64,000 bases of DNA from Candidatus Latescibacterota bacterium (GCA_965222935.1 CBDCVA010000001.1:196093-260092); one strand, 5' to 3'; positions 28,952 through 38,778 are shown, counted from the first letter of the stretch. The notes: generated by a model from the sequence alone, not told the origin. Program-made: numbers and translations.

Positions 28952-28965
28952 GCCCGCCGTCGGGC
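28952..28965. terminator. GC hairpin (gcccg-ccgt-cgggc) in the 24-nt gap between convergent ftsZ and rpmB
   Basis: Inverted repeat seen in sequence, followed by gtt; overlaps the rpmB 3' end, so tentative. Confidence 0.2.
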
Positions 28966-28966
28966 G

Positions 28967-29209
28967 TTACGCCTCGGCGGCGGCAACTTCGGGCACGAAC
29001 CCTTCTTCCCGCTCAGGCTTGCCGCGCTTGAGCACGAGCCCGCTGCGCAAGCAGCGCGTGCATACCTTCAGAATCACCGGGCTCTTACCTACCATCGCGC
29101 GCACGCGCTGAAGGTTGGGCCGGAAGACGCGCTTGGTCCTGCGCTTGGAGTGGCTGACGTTGTTGCCACTCATCGGCCCCTTGCCGCAGATGTCACACCT
29201 TCGTGCCAC
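28967..29209 (-). CDS. rpmB: 50S ribosomal protein L28
   Basis: 80 aa, [34 protein letters not shown]. Confidence 0.9.
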   Translation of the reverse strand: MARRCDICGKGPMSGNNVSHSKRRTKRVFRPNLQRVRAMVGKSPVILKVCTRCLRSGLVLKRGKPEREEGFVPEVAAAEA

Positions 29210-29296
29210 TGATCCGTCCGTTGTTAGGTGTTGGTGGAAAACTCGTAACCTCCAAGTATAAACATCAACTGAGTATCGCGCAACTCACCTCATGCA

Positions 29297-30064
29297 TCAC
29301 GGTTCCGCGACGGCCCACCGCCCGTTCTCCTGCGCGAGTTGTCCGATGGGCACCGCCGGGTCGTGGCTCCAGATGACGAGCGCTTTCCGCTCGTGTGCCT
29401 CGGCCAGAAGGCGCTTCTTTTGCGCCAGTGTCTCCCGAGGATGCGTGTCATAGGCCATGATGTAGGCGGGCTGCAGGTGATGGGTTGTCGGAGCCATCTC
29501 AGCGACAAATAGCGCCGTCTCTCCTTCGGACTCCACCCAGACCACCTGATGCCCTTCGGTGTGTCCGCCCGTGAGCTCGACGCGGACGCCGGGGACGATC
29601 TCGGCATCTCCGTCGACGAGGTTCAGAAGGCCCATCTCGCGGAGGGACTCGAAATTATCAGGGAGGTAAGTCCCGCGCGTGATCTCGTTGGGATGGGTCG
29701 CCAGCTCCCATTCGGTGCGCTGAAGGACGTGGCGTGCGCTCGGGTAGGTGGGCACTACGTTTCCCCCTGAATCGCGGCGCGTCAGCCCGCCTGCGTGGTC
29801 TATGTGAAGGTGGGTGGGGATGACCAGCGTGACCTCCTCGGGCGAGATCCCGAAGGCCCCCAAAGCAACCTCGAGTGGTGGCGAGCCATCGAGCCCGTAG
29901 ATGTCCACAAGCTTGGGTGAGAGCTTCCGTCCGAAGCCGCTATCCATTAGGATCAGGTGCTCATCCGATCGGATGAGGGCGCAGTTGAGCCCGAGCGTGA
30001 TCCGATTCCGATCGTCGGCGGGGCACGACCGGGACCAGATGGCCTTGGGGATGATTCCGAACAT
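29297..30064 (-). CDS. MBL-fold metallo-hydrolase
   Basis: HLHIDHAGG metallo-beta-lactamase motif. Confidence 0.7.
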   Translation of the reverse strand: MFGIIPKAIWSRSCPADDRNRITLGLNCALIRSDEHLILMDSGFGRKLSPKLVDIYGLDGSPPLEVALGAFGISPEEVTLVIPTHLHIDHAGGLTRRDSGGNVVPTYPSARHVLQRTEWELATHPNEITRGTYLPDNFESLREMGLLNLVDGDAEIVPGVRVELTGGHTEGHQVVWVESEGETALFVAEMAPTTHHLQPAYIMAYDTHPRETLAQKKRLLAEAHERKALVIWSHDPAVPIGQLAQENGRWAVAEP

Positions 30065-30174
30065 GGTCCCGCCGTCGAGGCGAAAGGTGCCGTCGGAGGG
30101 TACAGCTAGTTCGAACGCCCCGACCCGCCGCCAAGCGCGGACGGTGCTCGAGGAAGATGCAACCTGCGGCTCGG

Positions 30175-31068
30175 CTATGCCTTCGTCTCCTCGGCTAGCT
30201 CGCGCCTGCTTTTTCGGCCCAGGTAGATGCGCTCTGGGTCCACTTCCGCGCGCAGGGTCTTGAGTTCCTCGTAGGTGGGAGGCTCCAGTTCACGAGTGGC
30301 CGAGACATCCAAGTCCCAGCCCGTGTTCTCCTTGACCATCGCGGCGGCTGCGCCCGGGAAGATATAGTCCAGCCTCAACTCGGGATCGTCGGGCGGGTTG
30401 TTGCGCAGGATGCACAAATCCGAGATGACCACGAGTGCTCCGCCGCGCGTGAGGCCGTAGTCGGTCTTGCGCTCGCCTTTCGGTCCGCGCATCCCGGCGA
30501 TGGAGGTGATGTACTCCGCGCGCTCGGGGAAGCGCCTTTTTTCATGGACCATCATCACGAGCAAGAGATCGGACAGGGTTGCGATGTTGTTCGCGCCGCC
30601 CGAGCCCGCGAAGCGCACGGCCGGACCGCGTCCTGTCTCCGATACCCCCGCTGGCCAATAGCCGCCGATGGCCGTCGAGTTCAGGTTGCCGTAGCGGTCG
30701 CACTCAGCGCCCCCCAGGATGCCCACGGTGCAGTATCCTCGCTGCGCCGTGGTGCCGAAGGTGTCAGCCATGTTGCTCACCGTCGATGCCTTCAGGCACC
30801 CGCGGGGGTCCGAGACCGCAATGGGTAAGTGCTCGATCCTAGGGCCGACGATGCCCGCCTCCATGATGATAGTGCAGTGGGGCGCGGTGGTCTTCTGCGC
30901 CAGCATCGAGCCCAGAAGGGGCAGCCCCGTCCCCGCGAAGATGAAGCTGTGGTCGGGCGTCTCGCGCGAGGTCGCCACAGCGAGGAGCTCCATCGTCGTG
31001 AAATCCTCCGGCCCCAGGCCCTGTTTCTCAAGGTATTGCTCGTATTCCGCGTCGGTCATCTCGGGCAT
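30175..31068 (-). CDS. CoA-transferase family I subunit B (glutaconate/3-oxoacid CoA-transferase beta-like)
   Basis: 297 aa with the GctB-type fold pattern; paired with an A subunit immediately upstream. Confidence 0.65.
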   Translation of the reverse strand: MPEMTDAEYEQYLEKQGLGPEDFTTMELLAVATSRETPDHSFIFAGTGLPLLGSMLAQKTTAPHCTIIMEAGIVGPRIEHLPIAVSDPRGCLKASTVSNMADTFGTTAQRGYCTVGILGGAECDRYGNLNSTAIGGYWPAGVSETGRGPAVRFAGSGGANNIATLSDLLLVMMVHEKRRFPERAEYITSIAGMRGPKGERKTDYGLTRGGALVVISDLCILRNNPPDDPELRLDYIFPGAAAAMVKENTGWDLDVSATRELEPPTYEELKTLRAEVDPERIYLGRKSRRELAEETKA

Positions 31069-31083
31069 CTTGGTCTCTCCCCC

Positions 31084-32184
31084 TCACATCTGCCGCGCCA
31101 GATCGGGCCTGTAGCCGTAAGCTGTCTGCGCCCTCAGTTCGAACAAGCGCTTCATGCCCACCACGCTGCTCAAGTACTCCCAATCGTCCTCGGTCCTCTG
31201 CACGTGGTCGGCCCACCAGGCCCGGACCTCCTCCTTGGGTCGACGGTTGGTCCGCCCGTAGCTCACAAACCAGTCCCAGTCGTAATCGTAGTAATTGGGC
31301 ACCGCGGAAGGGTACCCGCCGAAGGGCTGCTCGACGATGGCGTCGGTGATATGCGCGGGGATGTGGTTGCGCTCCGGCGCCGCCCGCAGCTCCTCCTCCG
31401 GCACGACCTGCTCGCATTCGACGATCAGCCGCTTGCCAGCGATCGACTGCTCGATGTCCGGCCCGAAAATGCCCTCCAGGCGGACCGTTCCCTCCTCGCC
31501 GACGCGTTGCGCCCGCAAGAGGACCACTTCCGGCATCACCGGCGGCACCAGGACGATCTTGATCCCCGGGTTGCCCGTGTACTTGGTGGACGTGCGCGCG
31601 CCCTCCAGGTCGTTGGTCTGGTTGGCCGTCTTATCGCCATCTTCGAAGTCGTGGGGTCTCAAACCCCAGCCGTCGAAAGGATCGTCGACGACATGGTACT
31701 TCTTCGGCGGGATGCGCGGATCGATCCACGAGCCGTCGGGGTTCTTGCCTCGCAGACCCGCCTTGCCCAGCGTGTCGTAGGTCAGGATGTCGCTCCCGAG
31801 CTCACTGACCAATGGTGCGAACGGCCAGCCGTACTTGCCCGCCACCGTCCGCGTGGCATAGCCGTAGTTGGAGTAGTCCTCCACCAACTCGATCTCGCCT
31901 TCCTCGATCCCTCGGCGGACGCTATTCGCCACGGGTTGAATGCCTTCCAGCCCTAGGTACGTCGATTCGATCCGCTTCACCAGCCCACACCCAGCCAGGG
32001 CTTCCGTGCATGCCGTCCCACCGTTCATCGTCACGTACAGGTCACCGATCCCCTGCCGGATGATTTCCCGTATCAGGGTGAAGGGCCGCCGCGTGTAGCT
32101 GAACCCGCAGGGACACACCTGCGTCCCCGGTTTGATGTACTTTTGGACCGCCTCGTGGGCCGTCATCAGCTTTTCGCTGGCCAT
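31084..32184 (-). CDS. CoA-transferase family I subunit A (GctA-like)
   Basis: 366 aa; GctA-like N-terminus (MTAHEAVQKYIKPGTQV...). Confidence 0.65.
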   Translation of the reverse strand: MASEKLMTAHEAVQKYIKPGTQVCPCGFSYTRRPFTLIREIIRQGIGDLYVTMNGGTACTEALAGCGLVKRIESTYLGLEGIQPVANSVRRGIEEGEIELVEDYSNYGYATRTVAGKYGWPFAPLVSELGSDILTYDTLGKAGLRGKNPDGSWIDPRIPPKKYHVVDDPFDGWGLRPHDFEDGDKTANQTNDLEGARTSTKYTGNPGIKIVLVPPVMPEVVLLRAQRVGEEGTVRLEGIFGPDIEQSIAGKRLIVECEQVVPEEELRAAPERNHIPAHITDAIVEQPFGGYPSAVPNYYDYDWDWFVSYGRTNRRPKEEVRAWWADHVQRTEDDWEYLSSVVGMKRLFELRAQTAYGYRPDLARQM

Positions 32185-32210
32185 TGAGCGCTCGTCACCT
32201 CCTTGTCGTC

Positions 32211-33560
32211 TCAGTTCGCCGCTTTCTGGCGCCGGTCCTCTACCCGCGCGCTCGCCGTCTTGCCCTCGCCCGCCGTCACGCGGGGAAGCGCGTCCGGCTC
32301 CAGCAACGTCACCTCCTTGGGCGTGACACCCAGGGCGCTCTGGAGCGAGTCGGTGATCCTCGCTGTCAGACCCTGTACAGCCCTAGCGTCGCCAAGGAAT
32401 TGCGCGTCTTTGACCTCGATCTTGAGCGTCAACCGGTCCAGCCCCCGCTCGTCGGTATCGATGAACATCCGGAAGTTGGCGCCCACCTCGGGATACTGCA
32501 CCAGGACGCTCTCCACCTGGCTAGGGAAGACGATGAGCCCCCCCATGCTGATGGCATCGTCGCTCCGTCCCTTAATGGCGGCGATGCGCGGGTGCTGACG
32601 GCCGCAGGCGCATGGCTCCCAGGTCAGGGCTGAAAGATCGCGGCTGCGGTAGCGGATGAACGTTGTGCCCTCGAACCCGAGCGTCGTCCAGACGAGCTCG
32701 CCCTCCTTGCCGTCGTCCACCGGCTCGCCCGTCTGGGGGTCGATGCACTCACACAAAAACGCGTCGGCCCACGTGTGCATCCAGTTCCGCTCCTGACATT
32801 CGCAGCTCATCCCCGGACCCAGGAACTCGGTCATCCCGAATTCATCGTACGCCGTGATTCCGAAGAGATCTTCGATCCGTTCCCGCGTAGACCACGGCCA
32901 CGGCTCCGCGCCGAAAAGCCCAATGCGCAGACTCTTCTTCTCAGCGAAGTTGATGCCCTTCTCGACCGCCCGCTGGCCGACGTAGACGGCGAACGACGGC
33001 GTCATGCAGAACGCCGTCACGTTCAGGTCGTCCAAGAGCTCTATCTGCCGGTCGGTCTGGCCGCTGCCAGTGGGGATGGCCATGACACCCATCTTCGTCG
33101 CGCCGTAGTGGAATCCGAAGCCGCCCGTGGGCAGACCGTAGCCATAGGCGTTGAGTAGACTGTCGCCGGGACGCAGGCCCACCATCCACAGTTCGCGCGC
33201 GTTCAGTTCTCCCCAGAAGTCCAGGTCCTTCCGCGTCGCGAAGACGAGAACGGATTTCCCGGTCGTGCCCGACGTCCCGTGTACCTCGACCACCTCGTCG
33301 CGCGGACTCGTCACCATGCCAAAAGGATAGGCTGTCCGGACGGTCGCCTTCTCCAAAAAGGGAAGCTTCCGGATGTCTTCGATGCCCTTGATGTCGTACG
33401 GCTTGACGCCGTACGCGTCGTAGAGCTTGCGGTAGAAGGGCGATGTGTGGTAGACTTTGTTCACCACGGCCTTCAGCCGACCCACCTGGAGCGCTTTGAG
33501 ATCCTTGGTGCTCAGCGTCTCGACCGCTTCGTTGAAATACTGGCTGTCCCTTGCCATCAA
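32211..33560 (-). CDS. Phenylacetate-CoA ligase family protein (PaaK-like / coenzyme F390 synthetase-like adenylate-forming enzyme)
   Basis: 449 aa; PaaK family architecture (TSGTTGKSVLVF P-loop-like motif, YGMTE, C-terminal lid). Confidence 0.8.
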   Translation of the reverse strand: MMARDSQYFNEAVETLSTKDLKALQVGRLKAVVNKVYHTSPFYRKLYDAYGVKPYDIKGIEDIRKLPFLEKATVRTAYPFGMVTSPRDEVVEVHGTSGTTGKSVLVFATRKDLDFWGELNARELWMVGLRPGDSLLNAYGYGLPTGGFGFHYGATKMGVMAIPTGSGQTDRQIELLDDLNVTAFCMTPSFAVYVGQRAVEKGINFAEKKSLRIGLFGAEPWPWSTRERIEDLFGITAYDEFGMTEFLGPGMSCECQERNWMHTWADAFLCECIDPQTGEPVDDGKEGELVWTTLGFEGTTFIRYRSRDLSALTWEPCACGRQHPRIAAIKGRSDDAISMGGLIVFPSQVESVLVQYPEVGANFRMFIDTDERGLDRLTLKIEVKDAQFLGDARAVQGLTARITDSLQSALGVTPKEVTLLEPDALPRVTAGEGKTASARVEDRRQKAAN

Positions 33561-33590
33561 CGCTGCCCCCTCCAGGCTATAGGTTCGCGC

Positions 33591-33875
33591 TTACCGCTCC
33601 CCAACATACTTACCGACTACCCTGGCACCTAGCGCTCGCCCCAACGTCTCGACGCACGACACGACCGTGTCGAGGTATCGGTCCTTGGTCAACACCTCCA
33701 CGCTCGCGTCCGGGTTGAAGTACAGGGTCGGCCATTCTTCCTCGTGTGGAATCAGGCGCAGGCCCCGCTCTCCCAGGTCGAGGACCTGCCCGAACGGTGC
33801 AAGCGCCCGATGCAACTCCGCACGGCTGAGAGGGGTCTCGAAGTGGTACGTCAGAACCTCGAAATCGGTGTACAT
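33591..33875 (-). CDS. Small hypothetical protein (possible ACT-like domain partner of the PaaK-like ligase)
   Basis: 94-aa ORF directly upstream of the ligase on the same strand; ACT assignment is an inference from size and context only. Confidence 0.35.
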   Translation of the reverse strand: MYTDFEVLTYHFETPLSRAELHRALAPFGQVLDLGERGLRLIPHEEEWPTLYFNPDASVEVLTKDRYLDTVVSCVETLGRALGARVVGKYVGER

Positions 33876-33900
33876 GACGCTCCGTGAGCGGCCACGCCGC

Positions 33901-34257
33901 CTAGCGCGATGTGCGCTGCCGTGCTTCCCAGAGGGCCCTCAGCGCCTCCTCGATCGCTTCCAGGCTCCCTTCGAGCGTCCCCAGGTGCGCCTCCAACTCG
34001 ATCTGTGCGCGGCGCAACTCGTCTTCGATGACGTCCAGATCGGCCCAGTCGGGCAGCCCCTCCGCGACGCGGGCCATCGCCTGCTCCAGGGCCTCCGACA
34101 CACGGCCGCCCGGGCCCCTCGCTTCGTGAAGCGCCGTCCGAAAACTCTGGAGCGTCCAAGCTGCCTTTAGGACTTCCTCCCAGACGGCGCGCGCCGCCTC
34201 GGGGGACGATTCACCCACGGCCTCCTGGTGCGGTTTAGGTCGCGCTTGTGCACTCAT
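33901..34257 (-). CDS. Hypothetical coiled-coil protein
   Basis: 118-aa Glu/Ala/Leu-rich ORF. Confidence 0.35.
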   Translation of the reverse strand: MSAQARPKPHQEAVGESSPEAARAVWEEVLKAAWTLQSFRTALHEARGPGGRVSEALEQAMARVAEGLPDWADLDVIEDELRRAQIELEAHLGTLEGSLEAIEEALRALWEARQRTSR

Positions 34258-34280
34258 CGTTCGCCTCTCTTCAGATCTCT

Positions 34281-34357
34281 TGGTGGGCGATACCGGATTC
34301 GAACCAGTGACCTCCTGCTTGTAAGGCAGGCGCTCTCGCCATCTGAGCTAATCGCCC
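34281..34357 (-). tRNA. tRNA-Val (anticodon UAC), CCA encoded
   Basis: Hand-folded cloverleaf. Acceptor GGGCGAT/ATCGCCC, D-stem GCTC/GAGC, anticodon stem CCTGC/GCAGG with loop CUUACAA (U33, A37), T-stem ACTGG/CCGGT, T-loop TTCGAAT, discriminator A plus CCA. Confidence 0.85.
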
Positions 34358-34408
34358 CACCTCTGTTACCGCGTCGTCATCTTGAGATGTTCCACCCGCC
34401 GCCTCAAG

Positions 34409-35278
34409 TCATCCCTCGGCCTGTGCCGCGGGTCCCACGGAAATGCTAAGGCCGGCCACCGTCCACATGTTCTCCTGGTAGCTCGCCCCGCCCACGACGG
34501 TCGCGTAGGCGCCCTCGGACACCGAGCCCGGCGACGAATCGAAGAATCCGCTGATATCCACGATATCCATCACGATGCCGTCAAGCGTCCAGAAAAGCCT
34601 CCGGTCGTCGTCGATGACCCCGAGACCCCAGCGATGGCCCCAGGGGGTGCCATCGCCAAATGGATCATGGCGCCACGCCAGACAGGTCGCGGGCGGTGTC
34701 CTGACGGGACATCGCACGGTTATCGTCGATACCATCTTCGCCGCGTCCGCCTCCCCCTCCCAGAATCGAATCTTCTTTTGGTCTTCCTCCAGCATGTTGC
34801 GGTTGAGGACGAACCAGAGGCCCGCTTTGCTCCACCAGTCGCAATGAATCTGAACGACGCGATCGTGGACGCGGTCGTTTTCGCTTCCCACCAGCCCCCG
34901 AAAGCTCCCGATGGCCAGACAGAATCCCATGAGATAGACGCCCATATGCGGGTCCTCGTGTTTGGCGGGCGTTCCGTCGTTGGCCAAGTACTGGTTGAGG
35001 AAAACGCCATTGTGCGCGTAGTCCACGAAGGTCAACTCAAAGTGATTCCTGCCGGCCAGGTTCGGCTGGAAGACGCGGTTTTTGGAGGCGAAGCCATTGT
35101 AGGCCATCACCCCGGGTCCCGGTGACAGGGGTGAACTCGCTCTGATCCGAGCTGTCCCGTTTCCCGCGTCGGTCCGCACGATGTCGCCGCGAGACGGGCG
35201 TACAACAGGCGTCCACGTGGAGAGATCGAACTCACCCGTGAAGTCATCCGATAACTGGACCGCCAACTCTTGCGTCAC
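34409..35278 (-). CDS. Hypothetical protein (289 aa, Trp/His/Asp-rich; no recognised family)
   Basis: Long ORF with coding-like composition next to the tRNA; no family recognised, possibly ConA-like/glycoside-hydrolase-like. Confidence 0.45.
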   Translation of the reverse strand: MTQELAVQLSDDFTGEFDLSTWTPVVRPSRGDIVRTDAGNGTARIRASSPLSPGPGVMAYNGFASKNRVFQPNLAGRNHFELTFVDYAHNGVFLNQYLANDGTPAKHEDPHMGVYLMGFCLAIGSFRGLVGSENDRVHDRVVQIHCDWWSKAGLWFVLNRNMLEEDQKKIRFWEGEADAAKMVSTITVRCPVRTPPATCLAWRHDPFGDGTPWGHRWGLGVIDDDRRLFWTLDGIVMDIVDISGFFDSSPGSVSEGAYATVVGGASYQENMWTVAGLSISVGPAAQAEG

Positions 35279-35317
35279 GCGCTGGTTCTCGGTTCAGGTG
35301 GTGCAGTGGCAGCGGCA

Positions 35318-35578
35318 CTAAGGTTTCGGTTTCTTCCGGCCCCCTGGCTCCGCTTGCTCACGGCCGCTGCGTGAGAGGCGAGCCAGAAGCGCCACCGGGA
35401 TCAGCACACAATAGCCAAGCACCAAGAGGATCGGCCCGATAGTCAGCGATGAGAAGCTATCCGCCGGGCCGATGGATAGGAAGATGTAACCCAGGGCGAT
35501 AGCACCAAGCCCAGCAGCGAAGGTGAGCCAGTGCTTGGGCCCGTATGGCAATGAGGAGCGGTCGTCTCGTCTGGGCAT
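35318..35578 (-). CDS. Small two-TM membrane protein
   Basis: 86 aa, two hydrophobic helices, basic C-terminus. Confidence 0.35.
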   Translation of the reverse strand: MPRRDDRSSLPYGPKHWLTFAAGLGAIALGYIFLSIGPADSFSSLTIGPILLVLGYCVLIPVALLARLSRSGREQAEPGGRKKPKP

Positions 35579-35674
35579 TCGCCGGTATCCAATGGTTAGA
35601 GATTAGAAAAGTATTGCCCATGCGTCTTGGGTGTCAAGGCGTTCAACCTCCCGAAGCCATGCGCGGTTGCTCCT

Positions 35675-36442
35675 TCAGGAGGGTCTGGGCTCCTCGAGCG
35701 GTGGGCCCTCATCAGCCTTGCTCCGCCGGTACGCCTCGTACTCCTCGAGCACCTCGGGGCTGGGCGGGTAGACGCCGAGGAGCGAGACCTTGTCCTCAAT
35801 GAGCTTGCGGCACAGGAACGCTTCCTTCTCCTCGGTCGCGGCGGCCTCTTCAGCCACCGCCTCGGCCAGAGCGCGTGGCACTACGACCACCCCCACCGCA
35901 TCGCCGACCAGCACGTCGCCCGGCAGCACCGTCACGCCGCCGCAGTTGATCGGCACGTTGAGGTCGGCGCCGACCAGTCGCCGTTGCTGCCCGCCCGCAT
36001 GCGCGCCCTTGCAGTAGACCGGCAGGTCCATCCGGCGCAGCGCCGCAATATCGCGCATGGCGCCATCCACCACGAAACCCGCTCCGCCTCGCACCATGAG
36101 CCGGGTCAGCGTCACGTCGCCCGTCAACCCGGTCTCCAGCGTGCCGCCGCAATCGGAGACGAAGACGTCCCCCGGTTCGCACATCTCGACCACTTTCTGG
36201 TTGAAGCCTCCCCAGCCCTGGCTTTGCATCTCGGCGATGAGATCGGATCGCTTGGGCAGATGGCGTGTCGTGACCGCGACGCCCACCAGCGTGTGGTCCG
36301 GGTTGATGGGCGCGAGCCCCGTCATGAACTGATCGGGATAGCCGCGTCCCACCAGGGCACCCCACACCGCCTCGACGCTTGCCCGCCTGAAGAGCTCCCA
36401 GGTCTCCCGCGCCATGGGCGCCACGTTGCGCTCGTTGATCAT
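35675..36442 (-). CDS. RraA-family protein (RNase E regulator / 4-hydroxy-4-methyl-2-oxoglutarate aldolase-like)
   Basis: RraA/MenG-like fold pattern (GDVFV, GGAGFVVDGAMRD). Confidence 0.7.
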   Translation of the reverse strand: MINERNVAPMARETWELFRRASVEAVWGALVGRGYPDQFMTGLAPINPDHTLVGVAVTTRHLPKRSDLIAEMQSQGWGGFNQKVVEMCEPGDVFVSDCGGTLETGLTGDVTLTRLMVRGGAGFVVDGAMRDIAALRRMDLPVYCKGAHAGGQQRRLVGADLNVPINCGGVTVLPGDVLVGDAVGVVVVPRALAEAVAEEAAATEEKEAFLCRKLIEDKVSLLGVYPPSPEVLEEYEAYRRSKADEGPPLEEPRPS

Positions 36443-36629
36443 CGCTGGCCTCCTCTGCCCATCCCTGAGCGGCTCGACATCTCTCGTCGCGTTCGCGACC
36501 GCAACTCAGGGTACACTTCGCGCCCACCTATTGCAACGCCGGGCTCGGCCAGCAGGTTGACGGCCTCGCGCCCTCGTACCACATTGGTCTGCATCACAAA
36601 CGACGCACAATGAAAGCTAGGAGGGGGCG

Positions 36630-37697
36630 ATGACATCACGGATCGTACGTTTGCGCGCGGCCCTGGAAGAGAGGGACTTCGACGCTTTTCTGGCGACGGG
36701 CAAGCCCAACCAGGTCTACTTCGCGGAAAGCCTGGAGGCCAACGGTTACCTCCTGGTCACGGAGAACGAGCAGGCCCTCTTCCCGGGTCTCTGGTCGGCC
36801 TACGCATGCCGGGATTACGTCGAGACGTGCGAGGTCGTCCTCATCGAGTTGGGCGACCCCGATGAGACCGATCAGCTCATCGCGCGTCTGGGGACATTGG
36901 GCTTGAGGCGCGTGGCAGTGGACCACCTGGGCGCGGAACTGCGCGAGCGGTTGACGAAAGAAGTGGCGGGGACCGAGTTCGTCGAGGCGCCGAGATTGGG
37001 AGCCGAGATTCGCAGGAAGAAGGAGCCGCACGAGCTGCTTCTCATCCGCCAAGCAGCGGCGATCTCGGACGCAGGGATCGCGGCGGCCTTCGCGGCCATC
37101 CGCCCCGGCGTGAGTACGCGCGACGTGGATGCGGAAGGCACGGCCACCATGATGCGCCTGGGCTGCGAATCGGTCTCGATGGCGGTGACGATCGGGCAGG
37201 GGGCGAGCTACCTCGACGGCGGCAATGACCCGCGCCATGTCATCCAGGCGGGCGACATGGTCATCATCGATATGGGCATCTACTACCGGGGTTACATCGG
37301 CGACCAGACGCGCTCGGCCATCGTCGGCGAGGGCACACCCCTTCAGCGCGACATCCTGGCGACGATCCGCCGCTCCCAGGACGTATGCCGTGAGGCCATC
37401 GAGATCGGCGCGCGCGCGACCGATGTCTACCAGGCGGCGGTGGACATCGTCGCCGAGAAGGGCTGGCGCAAGTACTTCGTCCATCACCTCAGCCACGGTC
37501 TGGGTTTGGGCGACGACCTGCCTCAGATCACCGCCGAAAGCGAAGATGTCCTGGAGGCCGGCGACATGATGTCGTGCGAGCCCGGCGTCTACATCCCCCA
37601 GGTCGGCGGGGCCAGGATAGAGAACATGGTTCACCTCACCGAGAGGGGCCCCGAGAGCCTGACCCACTTCACGATGGACCCGACGATCGAGGCCTAA
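36630..37697 (+). CDS. M24 family metallopeptidase (Xaa-Pro aminopeptidase/creatinase-like)
   Basis: Pita-bread fold metal ligands (DMGIYYRGY...D, HGLGLG, E...E). Confidence 0.8.
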   Translation: MTSRIVRLRAALEERDFDAFLATGKPNQVYFAESLEANGYLLVTENEQALFPGLWSAYACRDYVETCEVVLIELGDPDETDQLIARLGTLGLRRVAVDHLGAELRERLTKEVAGTEFVEAPRLGAEIRRKKEPHELLLIRQAAAISDAGIAAAFAAIRPGVSTRDVDAEGTATMMRLGCESVSMAVTIGQGASYLDGGNDPRHVIQAGDMVIIDMGIYYRGYIGDQTRSAIVGEGTPLQRDILATIRRSQDVCREAIEIGARATDVYQAAVDIVAEKGWRKYFVHHLSHGLGLGDDLPQITAESEDVLEAGDMMSCEPGVYIPQVGGARIENMVHLTERGPESLTHFTMDPTIEA

Positions 37698-38653
37698 GCG
37701 AGGTAGCGCTTGGGGATCTCGGCGCCGACGGTGTAGCGCAGCCTGCCGACATCGGCCATCTGGTAAACGTTGATGCGGAAATCGGGGTTGACGGACGTCA
37801 TCAGGTACGCCTCGCGGGCTTCGAGGCCATAGTCGTCCACCATCCACGAGAGCAGGTTCTCGACCGCGCCCACGACAGCGTCCTCCAGGGGCCTCGCGCA
37901 AGAAAGGGCGACGACCGATTCCGGCTTCTCGATGCGCGGAAAGGGTATCCGCTTGCCTTTCACTACCTGGCACGAGCATGTTACCTCTGCCCGCGTCTCG
38001 TTCGCGGTGCCCGTGAACTCCGTGTCGCCCTGTGATGCGTGGACGTCGCCCAAGAAGAAGAGGCCTCCCGGATGGTAGCAGTTCAGGTAGACGACGTTCG
38101 GCGGTGCCATGTCTTGCACGTCCAGGTTGCCGCCCCACGGTCCCTGGCCTTCGCCCGTCGGTTCGACCAGCCATTCGGGCGCCGTCCCGATCGTGCCGAT
38201 CATCGGCCTCAAAGGCCACTGAAGCCGATCCGTAAAACGCACTGTACCATCAGCCAGCGTGCCGCTCGGCCCAATGTGGTGCGTGAAGATGAAGGTCTCG
38301 TGTTCGCCCAATTCGGACCATCGGGCCAGCCCCGCTAGGGCCCCGTGGCTGGGGGTCAGGACCGTGAAGCCCTGGGCTTGCACGGCGATCTTCTCGATCG
38401 TGACGGCCAGGAGGTCTCCGGGCTCGGCTCCTCGGACGAAGACGGGTCCTCCTATCGGGTTGACTTTGGGCGGCGTGGATCGGTGGGTGGGTCGGTTGTC
38501 CGGCGTCGGGAGAACGTCGGAGTTGCGCAGATAGCCGCTGGCGGCGTCTTCCGTCTCGATGGCGAAAGACTCGCCCGGATCGACCTCCAGCCTGGCGGGA
38601 AGGCCGGCGTCGAAGGCGTATTCGAGGGCTTCGGCTCTTACGATGCGCTTCAT
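37694..38653 (-). CDS. Acetamidase/formamidase family protein (FmdA/AmdA)
   Basis: 319 aa with FmdA_AmdA family conservation. Confidence 0.7.
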   Translation of the reverse strand: MKRIVRAEALEYAFDAGLPARLEVDPGESFAIETEDAASGYLRNSDVLPTPDNRPTHRSTPPKVNPIGGPVFVRGAEPGDLLAVTIEKIAVQAQGFTVLTPSHGALAGLARWSELGEHETFIFTHHIGPSGTLADGTVRFTDRLQWPLRPMIGTIGTAPEWLVEPTGEGQGPWGGNLDVQDMAPPNVVYLNCYHPGGLFFLGDVHASQGDTEFTGTANETRAEVTCSCQVVKGKRIPFPRIEKPESVVALSCARPLEDAVVGAVENLLSWMVDDYGLEAREAYLMTSVNPDFRINVYQMADVGRLRYTVGAEIPKRYLA

Positions 38654-38778
38654 GAAGAACCTCCTTCGGTCGGGTGAAAATGCGATCTTGTGGAGGGTAA
38701 TGGAACCCGGATGCTCTCACTAGTTGGTGTGTTGCTAGCCATTGAGGCTCAACAGGCTCAATGCGATGTCACATTTTT

